Made by a program: the position numbers and the translations under genes. A DNA stretch of 64,000 nt from Phoronis australis (Eukaryota > Animalia > Phoronida), in NCBI GenBank assembly GCA_002633005.1, contig NMRA01000038.1, positions 467,417 through 531,416 on the forward strand, given 5' to 3'. This document shows positions 52,401-64,000 of this stretch, in pieces. The notes under the pieces were generated by a model. It ran no database searches. It was not told the DNA's origin and saw only the letters and a list, made by a program, of their open reading frames with translations. Each line of letters starts with the position of its first letter. The stretch's first letter is position 1.

Positions 52401-55400
52401 TCTGCTCTGGACCCAAATGACCTCCCTCTGATCTGGACCCACATGACCTCCCTCTGATCTGGACCCCCATGACCTCCCTATGAATCCACACCTGGCTACC
52501 ATGGTATGGAAATATTTGAAACACAGTTGAGTATATTAGGTGCTGAAACGAAATTTCACTTATTTGAGCATACAACTTGAAGCCTTACAGGCAATTGATT
52601 GCGGAATTAATCATGACACAAGGCAATAGAGCTACTGAGGGGGCGATAACACACCTGTCTTTGCTGTTCCACTTTAGCTGCACGACCCAAATTAAGAAAG
52701 TCTTCTCGACTCATCTTGGAGTTGATTACAGGAGTGTCCTTACTCCTAACAAACTGCAAAATAATACCGACTCAATGTTAAAGTAGTTCATCAAAAAATA
52801 ATTCAAGTCTTACTAATACCAAACAGACTCTTGAACTGGGCCATCACTACTGTAAATTCAAAAATCAAAGCATTTCGTCCATTTCCATTCCCATAGCACT
52901 GCAACTGTTCATGGAAATGAAGTCTAGCTAAACACTGGTCACTGGCATTGATGTTTGCTCAGTTTACAGAACAATAAAAACAGCATTGAAAATCAGTCAC
53001 AAAAAGGTTTCAAAAGCACTCGCAAAATGTCTAATACTTGGATTGATTCTAAGATTGTCCAGCAAACAGTTCCTGCTTCTTGGGCTAGAAATTGTGAACA
53101 CTATATCCCTATAATTGTGAACATTATATCCTTATAATTGTGAACACTATATCCCTATAATTGTGAACACTATATCCCTATAATTATACAGTGGTCATGA
53201 AAATGTACGTGCTTTAATAAAAAAGCTTGCTTTGTAAGCTCATACAAAAAGACAGCTTGTGTAGGCCTACAGATCAGGGCTGTTCCAGCAAAATCTGTGT
53301 GGGAGGGGGTGGAAGGCAACTGAAATAAAAATTTATGGGTGGTTGCGTTTGATTTAAATTCAAAATGGCTGGTGGTCGTACTTCAAAAAAATAAAAATTT
53401 ACAGGTCGTTGTTGTTTCATTGGGCCATAAATGTTTGATGGTGGGTAATTTTAATAAATTTTATAAACAATTCGCACAGAATCAAAAACTGAAACAAAAA
53501 TGCAACTTGCAAAAAGCTCCGACTTTTTAACTCCCTCTGATCTTCTCATCGGCATGTTCATAACACCATTTAACCACAGGTGCTCAAATTTCTCGATGGC
53601 TAATAACAATATATAAGAAACATATGTTTTCTTAGTAATGAATGACGTTAGTGGTGATAGAGGAACAGGTAAACTCAAGCGCCTGTGCAGTCAACTACAA
53701 GAACAAAAAAAATTACGGGTGGTTGCATTTCAAACTTATAAAAAATCACGGGTGGTAGACTGAAGAAATAAATGAAAAATATGGGTGGTGAGTGAGAAAA
53801 AAAGGTGCCTTCCCCCCCTCCCATACAGAACAGCCCTCAGTGTAAATGTACCCAGGACGTGAGAACACCACAAACTGATTGATGACTCAGCTCCAAAAGT
53901 GATCACTTACCAGGTATGCTTTGAGAATACTTTCAAATTTTACACATTGTGATTGGTCTATTATTCAATGGAAACTTGCGCAAAGTTTAGTGCTTGTGGG
54001 CAAAGGAAAAAGTTTTTAAATAGATTCAACTTTTATTTGATTGGTAAAATAAAATATTAAGTAACAATTGTTTCTGAAAAATAAACAAAATCTTTCAAAC
54101 AGCCCAGTAGACCCATACCTCAATTCCATTAGATGCCTTCTTTATCTTGTCTGACTTTGAAGTCCATGCATTTCTTACGCTGCCATTAACAGCAGCACTC
54201 GACATCTGAGCCGTTTTGGCGCTCATCTTGCTCGAACTATTTGTCTGCTTCCTCAGTCCATGCGACAAGTTGATCATAGCTTGTGCAGGCAGACGATAAC
54301 CACGGTTAGGTGAACACCTGCAGGCCAGCCCGGACAAGAATTCCTCGTCGAACACAATCTCATACATTTTGTCCGTCTCTTTCTCACCTGTTAAAATTCG
54401 TCACATGATCTNAATTGTGAACACTATATCCCTATAAATGTGAACACTATATCCCTATAATTGTGAACACTATATCCCTATAATTATACAGTGGTCAGGA
54501 AAATGTACGTACTTTAATAAAGAAGCTTGCTTTGTAAGCTCATACAAAAAGACAGCTTGTGTAGGCCTACAGATCAGTGTAAATGTACCCAGGACGTGAG
54601 AACACCACAATTGATTGATGACTCAGCTCCAAAAGTGATCACTTGCCTGGTATGCATTGAGAATACTTTCAAATTTTACACATTGTGATTGGTCTATTAT
54701 TCAACGGAGACTTGCGCAAAGTTTAGTGCTTGTGGGCAAAGGAAAAAGTTTTTAAATAGATTCAACTTTTATTTGATTGGTAAAATAAAATATTAAGTAA
54801 CAATTTTTTATGAAAAATAAACAAAATCTTTCAAACAGCCCAGTAGACCCATACCTCAATTCCATTAGAAGCCTTCTTTATCTTGTCTGACTTTGAAGTC
54901 CATGCATTTCTTACGCTGCCATTAACAGCAGCACTCGACATCTGAGCCGTCTTGGAGCTCATCTTGCTCGAACTATTTGTCTGCTTCCTCAGTCCATGCG
55001 ACAAGTTGATCATAGCTTGTGCAGGCAGACGATAACCACGGTTAGGTGAACACCTGCAGGCCAGCCCGGACAAGAATTCCTCGTCGAACACAATCTCATA
55101 CATTTTGTCCGTCTCTTTCTCACCTGTTAAAATTCGTCACATGATCTTATTGACAAGTCAGTACATTTAGTCGAATATCTACAAAACCATGGAATTTCAT
55201 TAAGCAAAAGTATATATCATCCGAAAGCAGAAATTATGTACAATTTAATTGTTGCCAACTCACAAAGGTGAGTAGCCAATCATAGCCCTTGTTTTGGGCG
55301 ACAGTTCCAGCACAGCCAGTACAATGCTCTATCAATTTCCCAATGTTTAACGTTCATTAAAGATGTACTTGCATGTTCCTAACTATGCAAAATGTATAGC

Positions 55401-58400
55401 AAGAACTCAACGACAATACTATTTGATCATCATCTACACTAAACAAAGTGCATTTGTATTCAACTTGTAAATGTGAAAACAAAAATTCTGCTAATAAGTG
55501 ACCTTTGAACTAATGAGGTACCTTGGGGGTTCACATAATCCGCATCATACAGAGTTATTCTTCAACAGTATGTCACCATAATTACTGGACAAAGTTGAAT
55601 GACTCATGGTGGATCATTTTCAACACAAAACTCGTTCTTAAAAACATCTGGCAATTTCAACTTCATATTCGTGTCATCGCTATATGTTGCGTTTCCAACT
55701 AATTTGACCAAGCAATCACAGTGTGCAAGTTCCATTTAAGTTTAAGTGGATTTGACAGAATAAGTAGCAATGAAAGGTCACTGACACTATGTTTGAATTA
55801 TTGCCCGGCCTTCTGAAGCATTTAATGGTACAAATGTTCACAAATATGAAGCCATGTTCACAATGAAAACAATGACAATTTTTCAGAGAAAAAAACTTGT
55901 TCCATTTATCATGAAGAATTGTATATCACCAAATGTGCAACAATAAAAAGTCAATTTTTATTTATTCAGAAACACGAACCCCTGCTATGCCCAGAAAACT
56001 ACAATACCTTATGAGAGCATTTCAAATTTAGTAGCTCATCTTACAGTCAATAGGACTGACAAGAATTACAGAAAAACTAGACAGAAATCTACAAATCACT
56101 CTCCCCTTACCTGTAACTACTCCAATGACAGTTCCCCTCAACCCCAGGGGCACGGAGTAGCCCTCACGTACATTGACCACCCGGTCAAACATCTGATAGG
56201 TGGTGCTGTGGTCAGGTATCAAGGTTCCTGTGTGGTCAAGAGGCTAAAACCAAACAGTTAAAGTTATGTAAGACCACAGAAACATGTCCAAATTAGGCTA
56301 ACTTTAATTTGGAACATTGTAGCTGAGAAATGCCTGATTGAGTTCAAATGAAACCTTCAGATACTACATTTCCCACACAGTTCTCCAAAATGCTGTTAAG
56401 TTTTTAAAATGATCCCTTTTGCACAAGGGACTATCAAAAAGGACTTTTATGATTTCCATGAAAAAAATAAAGTTGCATGAAACAAAAATGAAATATTTTA
56501 GAAAACTGTAACAGCATTTTTTGAGATCTCATCTTGAACATTTACATAAAAAATGATCATTTTATTAACACTGTTGTTTTTGCTATCCATGTAGTGGCTT
56601 TTTATAAATTTTACTAAAAAGACACGGTCATGTGACCCAATTAATAATAGACTGGTAAAAAGACAAACTTCAAATTTTACAAACATTCTACTTTCAAAAA
56701 TACATACTTTTACCAAGTTAAAGAACTATTATACTGTATGTAATTGGCTGAATACACAGACCTGTCATTAAGGTCCTACATAACCTTAAATAATATTTCC
56801 CAGGCAACTTTTGATTTTGAAACAAGCACCCTGAGTATCAATCCTGCACACCTCAAGATACAACTTTAGACTCACCCTGTACAACAGGTGTGGTTTAACC
56901 TGCATTCTCGTTTTCTTCCCCTTGCTGTTCGCCGACACCTCGTCCACCTGGGCCTCAATGGCCTTCACCACTTGTTCATCGAGGAACTCTGTACCATGCT
57001 GCATCCGCTGTACCTTTGCCGACGGCAATTGTTTAAGGTACTCTACCAAGGCCTGGTACCTCTCGCCTCTGCGTGCGAAACGAAATGGGGCATCATTAGG
57101 GGTTCAACACGGACGGAAAGCGACTATGTTTGTTATGAAGAAAAAGTTTGGGTGCAACAGCAACAGTGCTTATTTCAGTTCTGAGTTAGAACCGTTCTGT
57201 ATTTGTGAATGAGAATCATTAGTCATCATACACATCATATGTTGGTTACATTAAATGACCAATAGTTATGAAAATTTAATAATTCTTACTTATACAATAT
57301 CAATATGCAGGTGTAAAGCAACATAGTTCTCGCATTGTGTTTGTTTTCTTATTGCCTTTAAGCCAAAACATTTTATGCCATTTTAACACTGACCAATCAG
57401 AAACGACAATACAGGCAATCATGGCAGAGAGGTGTTGCAGGTGTTCATGACCAAGACAGTGGATCCGTTAATATGTAAAATGTCACACATTTCACCTGTG
57501 GGTAATGAACCCCTAATTAGGTATATCTGGAATTTGTCTTATTGTATTGTTTTGTTTGTTAAACTCAGTACTATGCTTTTAAATTAACTGCTTTTATTTT
57601 GAATACGTCTAAAAAGCAGTGTTTTCACTGCAGAGTTTTCCTTCATTTTAAATGATGGAAAATATTGGCTTTAACTGCTTTTAATAGAAGGACAACTAAA
57701 AAGTAGTGTTTTCATAGCAGAGTTTTACCTCCATGTAAATAAAGCAATAAAAAAAATAACTATTGAATAAATAATTAAATCTGTCCCCCATACCCAGAAG
57801 TGTGTCCAATAAGAATGAGATTGGCGAGCCGACCCAAGGAGTCTGAATAAATGCTCGTGAAGAAAAAAGCTGCCAGTGATTGGACAGATACGCAGGAATG
57901 CCGGATTATGAAAATTAACAATTTCAAAACAACCGCATAACCCACTATTGTGATGGTAAAACCCAAAAATTCACCAAAATGTCTTGAGATTACCACTATC
58001 AAACAAACTCCTCATCTTTCAACCAAACATCTACACTACAGACTACAGTGGCCTTTCCATGATTCAAACATTGCCTGCTTTGAACCATACTATCTCACTC
58101 CATGCACAGTCACAATATGTGAAACATGCGAGAATAACCTCCTTCTACAGTTTTTAGGCAAATTTTTAATACTTTGGATCTAGAGCAAGTGCACTAAACC
58201 TACTAACAACCAACTTATAACATCCAGGTGATATGGGTTGATTCACTGTATCTCGTTGCCCATACTCGCCAACTCACCTGTTTTCTGCAGTAAACATGTC
58301 TTCCTCATAGAAACTGTCGTTTCCACCACCGCTCTTGGCAAGATAAGAAAACACCTCGGGAAACCTCAACAAAAGAAGCATTTAATGATTGGTTATGGCA

Positions 58401-61400
58401 TGTGTCAGGTAGCGCCAGAATTATAGGAATATTTCAAAAATTCAAGGCTCGCTAAGTTTTCAACTGAGCAAAGTCATTGATATTCAAATATGTCAGAAAA
58501 TTACATTGACCAATACAGCCAACTGAAATAAAAATCTACATGCAAGAAAGTGTGCTGTACTGATTGTGGTAATTCATAAGCACACAGGATTATCAGCAAT
58601 AGTCACTTACAGGGGTCCCAGATATATAGAGAATAGAGAACCAGTTTGATCCTTGTTATTTAGTGGAGAAAACTGGTTCTCAAACTACGTGATCCTTGTA
58701 AGTGACTATTACTGGGTTATCTATAACTAAATTTGCATGGTGGAAGCAGTTTACAACACTGACAATCACAAACAACAACAAGTATTTCACAATCGAGTTC
58801 AACTACCTAACACTCACTTTTTACTGTAATCACTGAGAATGTCAACAGTTTTGGTGGAGTAAAGCCATCCGTTATCCGATTTCCTTGTGTAACCAGGGAC
58901 CTGTGAGTCAGATATGAATTAGGTGTAAAAACATGTGAGAAACAGCAAGGATTAACGATCAAAATACCATCAGTATTACCTAATCCAGTGCCTTAAGGCA
59001 TCCCATGTTTACCAGAGATAGAATAAAGAAAGACAATCTCCTACAGATAATCCAATCGAGGTTTAATTCTGGTCTTAAGCTAATTCAGGGAAAGATGCTG
59101 AGACAGTCAAATATTTCATTTTAACTCACATATCATTGCACTGTTAAGGTTTCTGTACTTTAATGATGTACACGCATGGTGCTAGTTTACACGACTGCAT
59201 GAAATATGAAAATGGATCAAAATTCAAAATGGCCGAAACACTGCCATCTTGAATTACAAAAAATGCTTGAGGTTGCGTAAGTTGCAACCACAGTCTAGTC
59301 AATATCCTCCTTAACATGTCTAACACATTAACAAAAGTTTACAGGGTCAACATGATAGCACCTCAATTACTAAATAAAAATTAGCCATAATCAGTATATA
59401 CCAACCTCCTCATTTCGTTTGTTGAACTTGAGATTCAATCCAATGTTGGCCTTCTGCTGTGCAGTTGCCTCTCGGCTGCCTCGGTTTAGATAAATAGTGC
59501 CTGTCAGACGAGACACAAGATGGCCGCTGACACCAATCCTCTGACCCACGATATATCCGGGCACATAGTTCAGAGATAGGGACTGTCACAAAACAAAATG
59601 CATTGTCGTTTTTACATAAACAAAACACACCCTGCTGTAGGTCTCCTGGTTTCTTCTCTACACAGTCAAGGCTAACATGCAAAAGCTAGTAACCCCATCA
59701 ATTGTCCAGGCATGGAACCAGCCCACTTCCAATCAACGAAAGCCCTAATGCACTTAGCATATAATGCCTTGGTAACATACTGGTCAATGTTTGGCCAATC
59801 CCGTCAGTTTAGTGCTATCCTGATGCCCAGCAAAATTTTTCAACTAATACGTAGCAGCATTTTATGTTTTTACGTCAACACACAGCTGGCGAGCCCAATA
59901 GTCATGTGACTGCTGGTCAACATGACCGTTTTTTCAGCCACGAACTCATCAAATCAGCAGTGAAAAGTCTACGTGACAGGCAATAACATGACAACCAGCG
60001 TAACTATTTGCCCTTTTCTCCGAAGACAACAAATCAGTCCAATTTCAATAAAAAGAAAGTTGAGACCAGCTTCAAAGCGTCAAGTGGTCTGATTTTAAAG
60101 TTGATGTTTTAACACTGAAATTGCCGACGGCAGGTGGATAGGGCTTTCGAATTTACGTCTACCGCTTATTGATAATTCACAACCCAAAGCAGTGCCATAC
60201 AAGACCTTTATAGCTAAGTCGACTGCAAAATTTGCTACATCATGACAATGTCAGTGATGATCAGTAAGGGACGGAACTCATATCTCAGTAATGTATATCT
60301 ACTGTAGTGAGCTGACAATGACATCATTGTAACCTACCTGTTCTAATTAACCTACCTGTTCATTAGAAGCAACAGTCTGCAGGTCAGGCTCTTGCTTTAT
60401 AGTGAAGTTGATTCTAATCCGTCCATCTTGCGTTGGGTCTATTTCTAACACCTTCGATGAAAAGAACACAGTTCTTTCAGTAACTAAGCCTTACTCTGAG
60501 GCAATCTTTACAAAATGTGCGAATGACTTTTCAGTATTTTTTTTAAAATCGAAACAGAATGTTTTGCTGATCGAATGTCAATGCCAAAATAGCTTTTCAG
60601 TTCTGCAAGACCTCATCAAATTATTAAAAAAGCCAACCTGTTTTTATTCATTATTAAAACTTATGATGATGAAGAGATAATGTTCAGCTTGGCTTGAGTT
60701 GAATTAACAAGACAATTGACACAGACCTGTGTACCACCAAAACTGCATTGGTGTACTCTGTGCCTGGTTGCACGAAACAGTCCCAATTAGGGACTCAGCT
60801 GAGGTCCCTATGTCTTTTTGCGTATTTTTGTCTTTACGGATTTACACATGCAGTATTTTTTAATCATTTCATCTTTATTATGAGCTCCTCTTTGATTAAA
60901 GACATTTTCTAATAATATAACTAAAAACGGAGCCCAGAGTTTATTGAAAATAAATAGGGACCCAGTCCTTAAATTGGGGGTGTTGCATGAAAAAATCCCT
61001 AATTATTTCCCATAATATTGGCAATACAACGTAGAGTTCACTCTCGATTTGTATCAAAGTCAAAAGTTGACTTAGCAATGAAACTAAAACAATACAAGAA
61101 AGGGCAATCAATTTTTTCACAAGTCCAAAAATACTCAGTAGATTTAGGGAATTTAGTTGAGTCCCTATTTGGGACCGTTTCATGCAACCGGGCACTGAAC
61201 ACCAGATTTGCAGATTTTTCAGTAAATCTACAAATTGTCGCATACAGACCAAATTTACCCTAAAATATAGGGGGTTTGAATTTTTCACAGTGGACCTTTT
61301 TCTAACTAAAAAAAAAACAATGGGTTTGCTCAGTGTTCAGAGCTTGCGCCAAATTCTTGCCTCTTTAGTGAACTTTTGTCTCGTTTTCTCAGACTTTTGG

Positions 61401-64000
61401 TTTCATTCAAGCCCCCCTGCATATGCGCATGGGTACTTGCCTCTGAAACAGTTTCTAAAATACACGTAGTGAATTGATCACCAATTTTCAGAATAATAGT
61501 TGTTTAGTTGAGGGACAACGCGCTAAGTGATCCTGTTAATCAATAGAAAATGTCCTTACTGAACTTAGTTATGTTAATACATGCCTAATGTACACCTCAT
61601 TTCTTAACACAAAAACATATCTGCAAAAATGTGTTGATGAATCTGAACTGGACAATGTTTTGCACCAGACGATATTTTCTAAACCATTCACAAAAGTTTT
61701 GAATAATTATTCATTGCAAGTGTCTGTGAACATGTACTACCATACTACATGCGAAAAGACCTCGAGGCTCGACTGCGGCTCGAGTATTATCGTCAGCTCA
61801 ACATGCTACGAAGTCAGTGCAGTCCCCATATGTGTATTTTTGTCTGGCCGTGCGTACTTGCGTACTGGAGGCTTGATTTCCGTACGAATCCACATTTTTT
61901 GCGTATGGTACACAGGTCCGTTGATATTAAAATCCAGCACTAGAAAACTGGCCATTAAATGTAAAAAAGACACAAGATAGTAACATGTCTGGTAATTTAT
62001 GTTATGGCTCTTATGATTATAAAGGGGAATCTACAATTGATTGTACTTCAAAACCACTTGCCTGGACTTCAAAACCATTCGGCTGGACTGCAAAACCAAA
62101 TGGCCAGTGGTCAGACGTGTTGTCTGAACTTCAAAACGTGATGGCCTCACCCAAAAAACTAGTTGACTGGACTCAAAACCAATGGCCGGTGCTATAACCA
62201 GTTGGCTGTTTGAGCACCGGCCAACCTGTTTTAGGTCCGGCCAACTTGTTTTAGGTCCGGCCAACCAGTTTTTTGGGTGTGTCCATCTGGTTTTGAGGTA
62301 CCGGACATCGCATTTTAAGGTCCAACCTCCAAGTTAGAACACAGGCCATAGGGCTTTGCAGTTCAGGTAGCTGGTTTTGAAGTCTGACCAATTGTTGACT
62401 CTCCCTTAACTATGTGGGAAGCCTCCGTATGATTACTAGTCAATTAATCGCAGCGATATTACAAGAGCACATTCACAGTGTGAGTGCCTACCTCTCCCTG
62501 ACATCCATAGTTTGGGAACCCCAGCATGAACACAGGTGATCCCTTGGGGAACAGCTCGTCCAGGGTCTTGAACTGAGCAAAGGACGAGTCATGCACGGAT
62601 ATGTCCTGCAATGAATCACAATTATTATAATAATGACTCAGGTCTAATTATAATCATGGACAGTCCAACAACATTGTCTATTTTCTCTGTGATTATATCA
62701 CGAAATCTACCGCCACTTTGGAAGTGGTCTGTATTTTTCGCATCATACTTTCATTTATTCCGCAATTATCGGTTTTCTTGCCAAAACTTACCGCCAAAAG
62801 TCGATACAGTGTCTTCAACTTTGCCACAATTTGACCACATTTTCTGACAATTACTGGACTTTTTTACCAGTTTTCTTCACAGTTTTCACACAAAGTTTAA
62901 AAAACCTTACAACAGACACACACTAAAATCTACTTCATAAAAATACTACAAAACAAAACTACACATAGGTACAAGCAGTCTACAGCTACCAACTTCCATA
63001 ATGTACCTTAACCGTTGTCTGTAAGGCATACGGCACCGGATTCTCCGCCCACTGTTTTGTTAACGTGACGTTGCCGTGACTACCACAGACATACTTCCGT
63101 CCCATCATGGGCGTGCAGTAGAGGAGGACAAATGTTGTACCCACGTCGACACCGCGACTGTCATGGTACCTGTGAGAGAGATGCAACAAGCTGAAATCTT
63201 TAACACAGAATTAATGAAAGAATGACACCGAACAGTATTTCCCAAACATTTTAAATCTGGTCTGCATGCCACCTGGTGGCTGCATCACATGACCAAATAA
63301 ATATAAGTCCGAAAAATTTTCTGCCCCCGACCAGGATTTGAACCCAGTACCCTCTGCTAACTGTGCAGACGCTTTAGCCACTAAGACCACTGGTCAAACA
63401 CAGCAATCCAATCAGACTATATTTCCATGCTGGTTCAAGTTTTACACACACACAACCACGCACTCACACACACACATATACAGCATTATTTGGCCCCTCC
63501 TCTCAAAAGTACTTCAATGTAATGGCGCCAAACAGGAGTTTTGCCACAACAAATTAAATGAAATATCATTCCCGTGAAAATCGTCCAGATATGTCGAAAA
63601 TCATGGAGAACAGATTATTTGAGCAAGGAGACATTTTTTCTCTGAAATTGTGCCCAGTAGCCCACAATATTTTGAAAACAACTATTAAATCACTGCAATA
63701 CTTCAACATAATATCCAACAGTACCTCTCTCTAACACCTATGTATAATGCCATGGAGTATCACAATCCCCCAGTAACTCAGTGTAACACTTTAATGTAGT
63801 AAACATGTCTCATACCACAACACAATACCAGAGAGTGTGTCTCTGTTATACTTCAATGCAATACTGCCCCAATACCTCTCTGTAATACTGTTACTTTGTC
63901 TGTGCCATATAGCAATATCATCTTGATTCATCTTTTCTGTCTTCAACTGTGTAACACGTTTTTTGCCATGCCCTCTCTGTTTCTGGTCCGACTCGTCGAT
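46493..64000 (-). CDS. XRN1: 5'-3' exoribonuclease 1, 3' part (continues beyond the window)
   Basis: Phase-consistent exons, 5'->3': 64000-63876 (partial), 63169-63007, 62605-62492, 60451-60356, 59582-59406, 58900-58818, 58364-58278, 57068-56876, 56243-56111, 55123-54855 (duplicate at 54387-54119), 51520-50893, 50569-50506, 49710-49629, 49188-49075, 48011-47921, 47503-46965, 46756-46493 (TAG). XRN1 motifs: FKTLDELFP..VFMLGFPNYG, NIGLNLKFNKRNEEVPGYTRK, VKPHLLYRP, FDRVVNVREGYSVPLGLRGTVIG, FDEEF..CSPNRGYRLP..INLSHG, PFVPLQV, C-terminal KSRLAANF. Confidence 0.96.
52248..52481. repeat. 26-bp minisatellite x9 (gatctggacccacatgacctccctct) in an XRN1 intron
   Basis: Read directly. It explains the overlapping repetitive ORFs at 52217-52575. 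Confidence 0.92.
53090..53185. repeat. 23-bp tandem repeat x4 (aattgtgaacactatatccctat); x3 in the duplicate at 54413-54485
   Basis: Read directly from the sequence. Confidence 0.9.
53277..53836. mobile_element. PIF/Harbinger-like MITE (560 bp), present in only one of the two duplicated segments
   Basis: TIRs gggctgtt.../...aacagccc plus subterminal gggagggggtggaaggca/tgccttccccccctccc; 3-bp TSD tca. The empty site agatcagtgtaaat is visible at ~54571-54584. Confidence 0.85.
54413..55147. repeat. Duplicate of 53090-54411, including one XRN1 exon; probable haplotype overlap at 'n' 54412
   Basis: Near-identical sequence on both sides of a single n, differing by scattered substitutions and the MITE. 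Confidence 0.88.
55359..55721. repeat. Dispersed repeat, homologous to 18587-18952
   Basis: Collinear similarity in the same orientation. Confidence 0.75.
56262..56785. mobile_element. Kolobok-like MITE (TTAA TSD)
   Basis: TTAA|agttatgtaagacc ... ggtcctacataacc|TTAA: imperfect 14-bp TIR with purine-purine termini. Confidence 0.7.
58595..58713. mobile_element. Hairpin MITE family A, copy 5
   Basis: aatagtcacttaca/tgtaagtgactatt perfect inverted repeat; flanks ggattatc/gggttatc (7/8 TSD). Confidence 0.75.
62024..62405. mobile_element. Foldback MITE with GGG...CCC ends and internal ~20-bp subrepeats (Harbinger-like)
   Basis: ggggaatctacaattgattgtacttcaaaacca vs tggttttgaagtctgaccaattgttgactctccc; repeated ggac(t)tcaaaacc in the left half and gttttaggtccggccaac in the right half. 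Confidence 0.65.
63285..63420 (-). repeat. tRNA-derived repeat / tRNA pseudogene in an XRN1 intron
   Basis: A-box tggtcttagtgg, anticodon-like stem tctgc-acagtta-gcaga, B-box ggttcaaatcc. The acceptor stem does not pair and U33 is missing. Confidence 0.7.

Noticed and set aside
52217-52575. Three overlapping repetitive ORFs; regular repeats superficially like a CRISPR array
   Set aside because: They are translations of a 26-bp head-to-tail minisatellite with no unique spacers, no cas genes and a eukaryotic intron context.
60249-60317. C/D-box snoRNA-like pattern (gtgatga...ctga with a tgtcag/ctgaca stem)
   Set aside because: It lies antisense to the XRN1 host intron, the stem overlaps the boxes, and I recognise no rRNA guide sequence.
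63329-63395. Functional tRNA gene
   Set aside because: The acceptor stem does not pair and the anticodon loop lacks U33; treated as a tRNA-derived repeat.

Overview
This is AT-rich, intron-containing animal genomic DNA. It looks like a marine invertebrate, but the species cannot be determined from the sequence. It comes from a draft assembly with N-gaps and single-'n' contig joins. Five protein-coding genes can be reconstructed by hand with phase-consistent GT-AG splicing: (1) the 3' end of a C2H2 zinc-finger gene (+, ~535-5810); (2) an unrecognised gene with a single coding exon encoding a 237-aa Cys/His-rich protein (-, 8983-9696); (3) TAF13 (-, 20480-21869); (4) a 22-coding-exon CCDC150-like gene (+, 24269-43638), head-to-head with TAF13; (5) the 3' part of XRN1 (-, 46493->64000), tail-to-tail with CCDC150. 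Two tandem duplications each sit next to a single 'n' (1-533 vs 669-1660, and 53090-54411 vs 54413-55147, the latter duplicating an XRN1 exon). They are most likely the two haplotypes placed side by side, and they expose polymorphic indels. The non-coding DNA holds many small non-autonomous elements: a five-copy hairpin MITE with 8-bp TSDs (Merlin-like), a Helentron/HINE-like element with CTCF-type motifs, Harbinger- and Kolobok-like MITEs, a tRNA-containing repeat, and a palindrome with a Penelope-type hammerhead ribozyme motif. I see no prokaryotic-type system (CRISPR, operon) and no autonomous transposase or reverse transcriptase. All family assignments come from reading the sequence and recalled homologue motifs, not from database searches.
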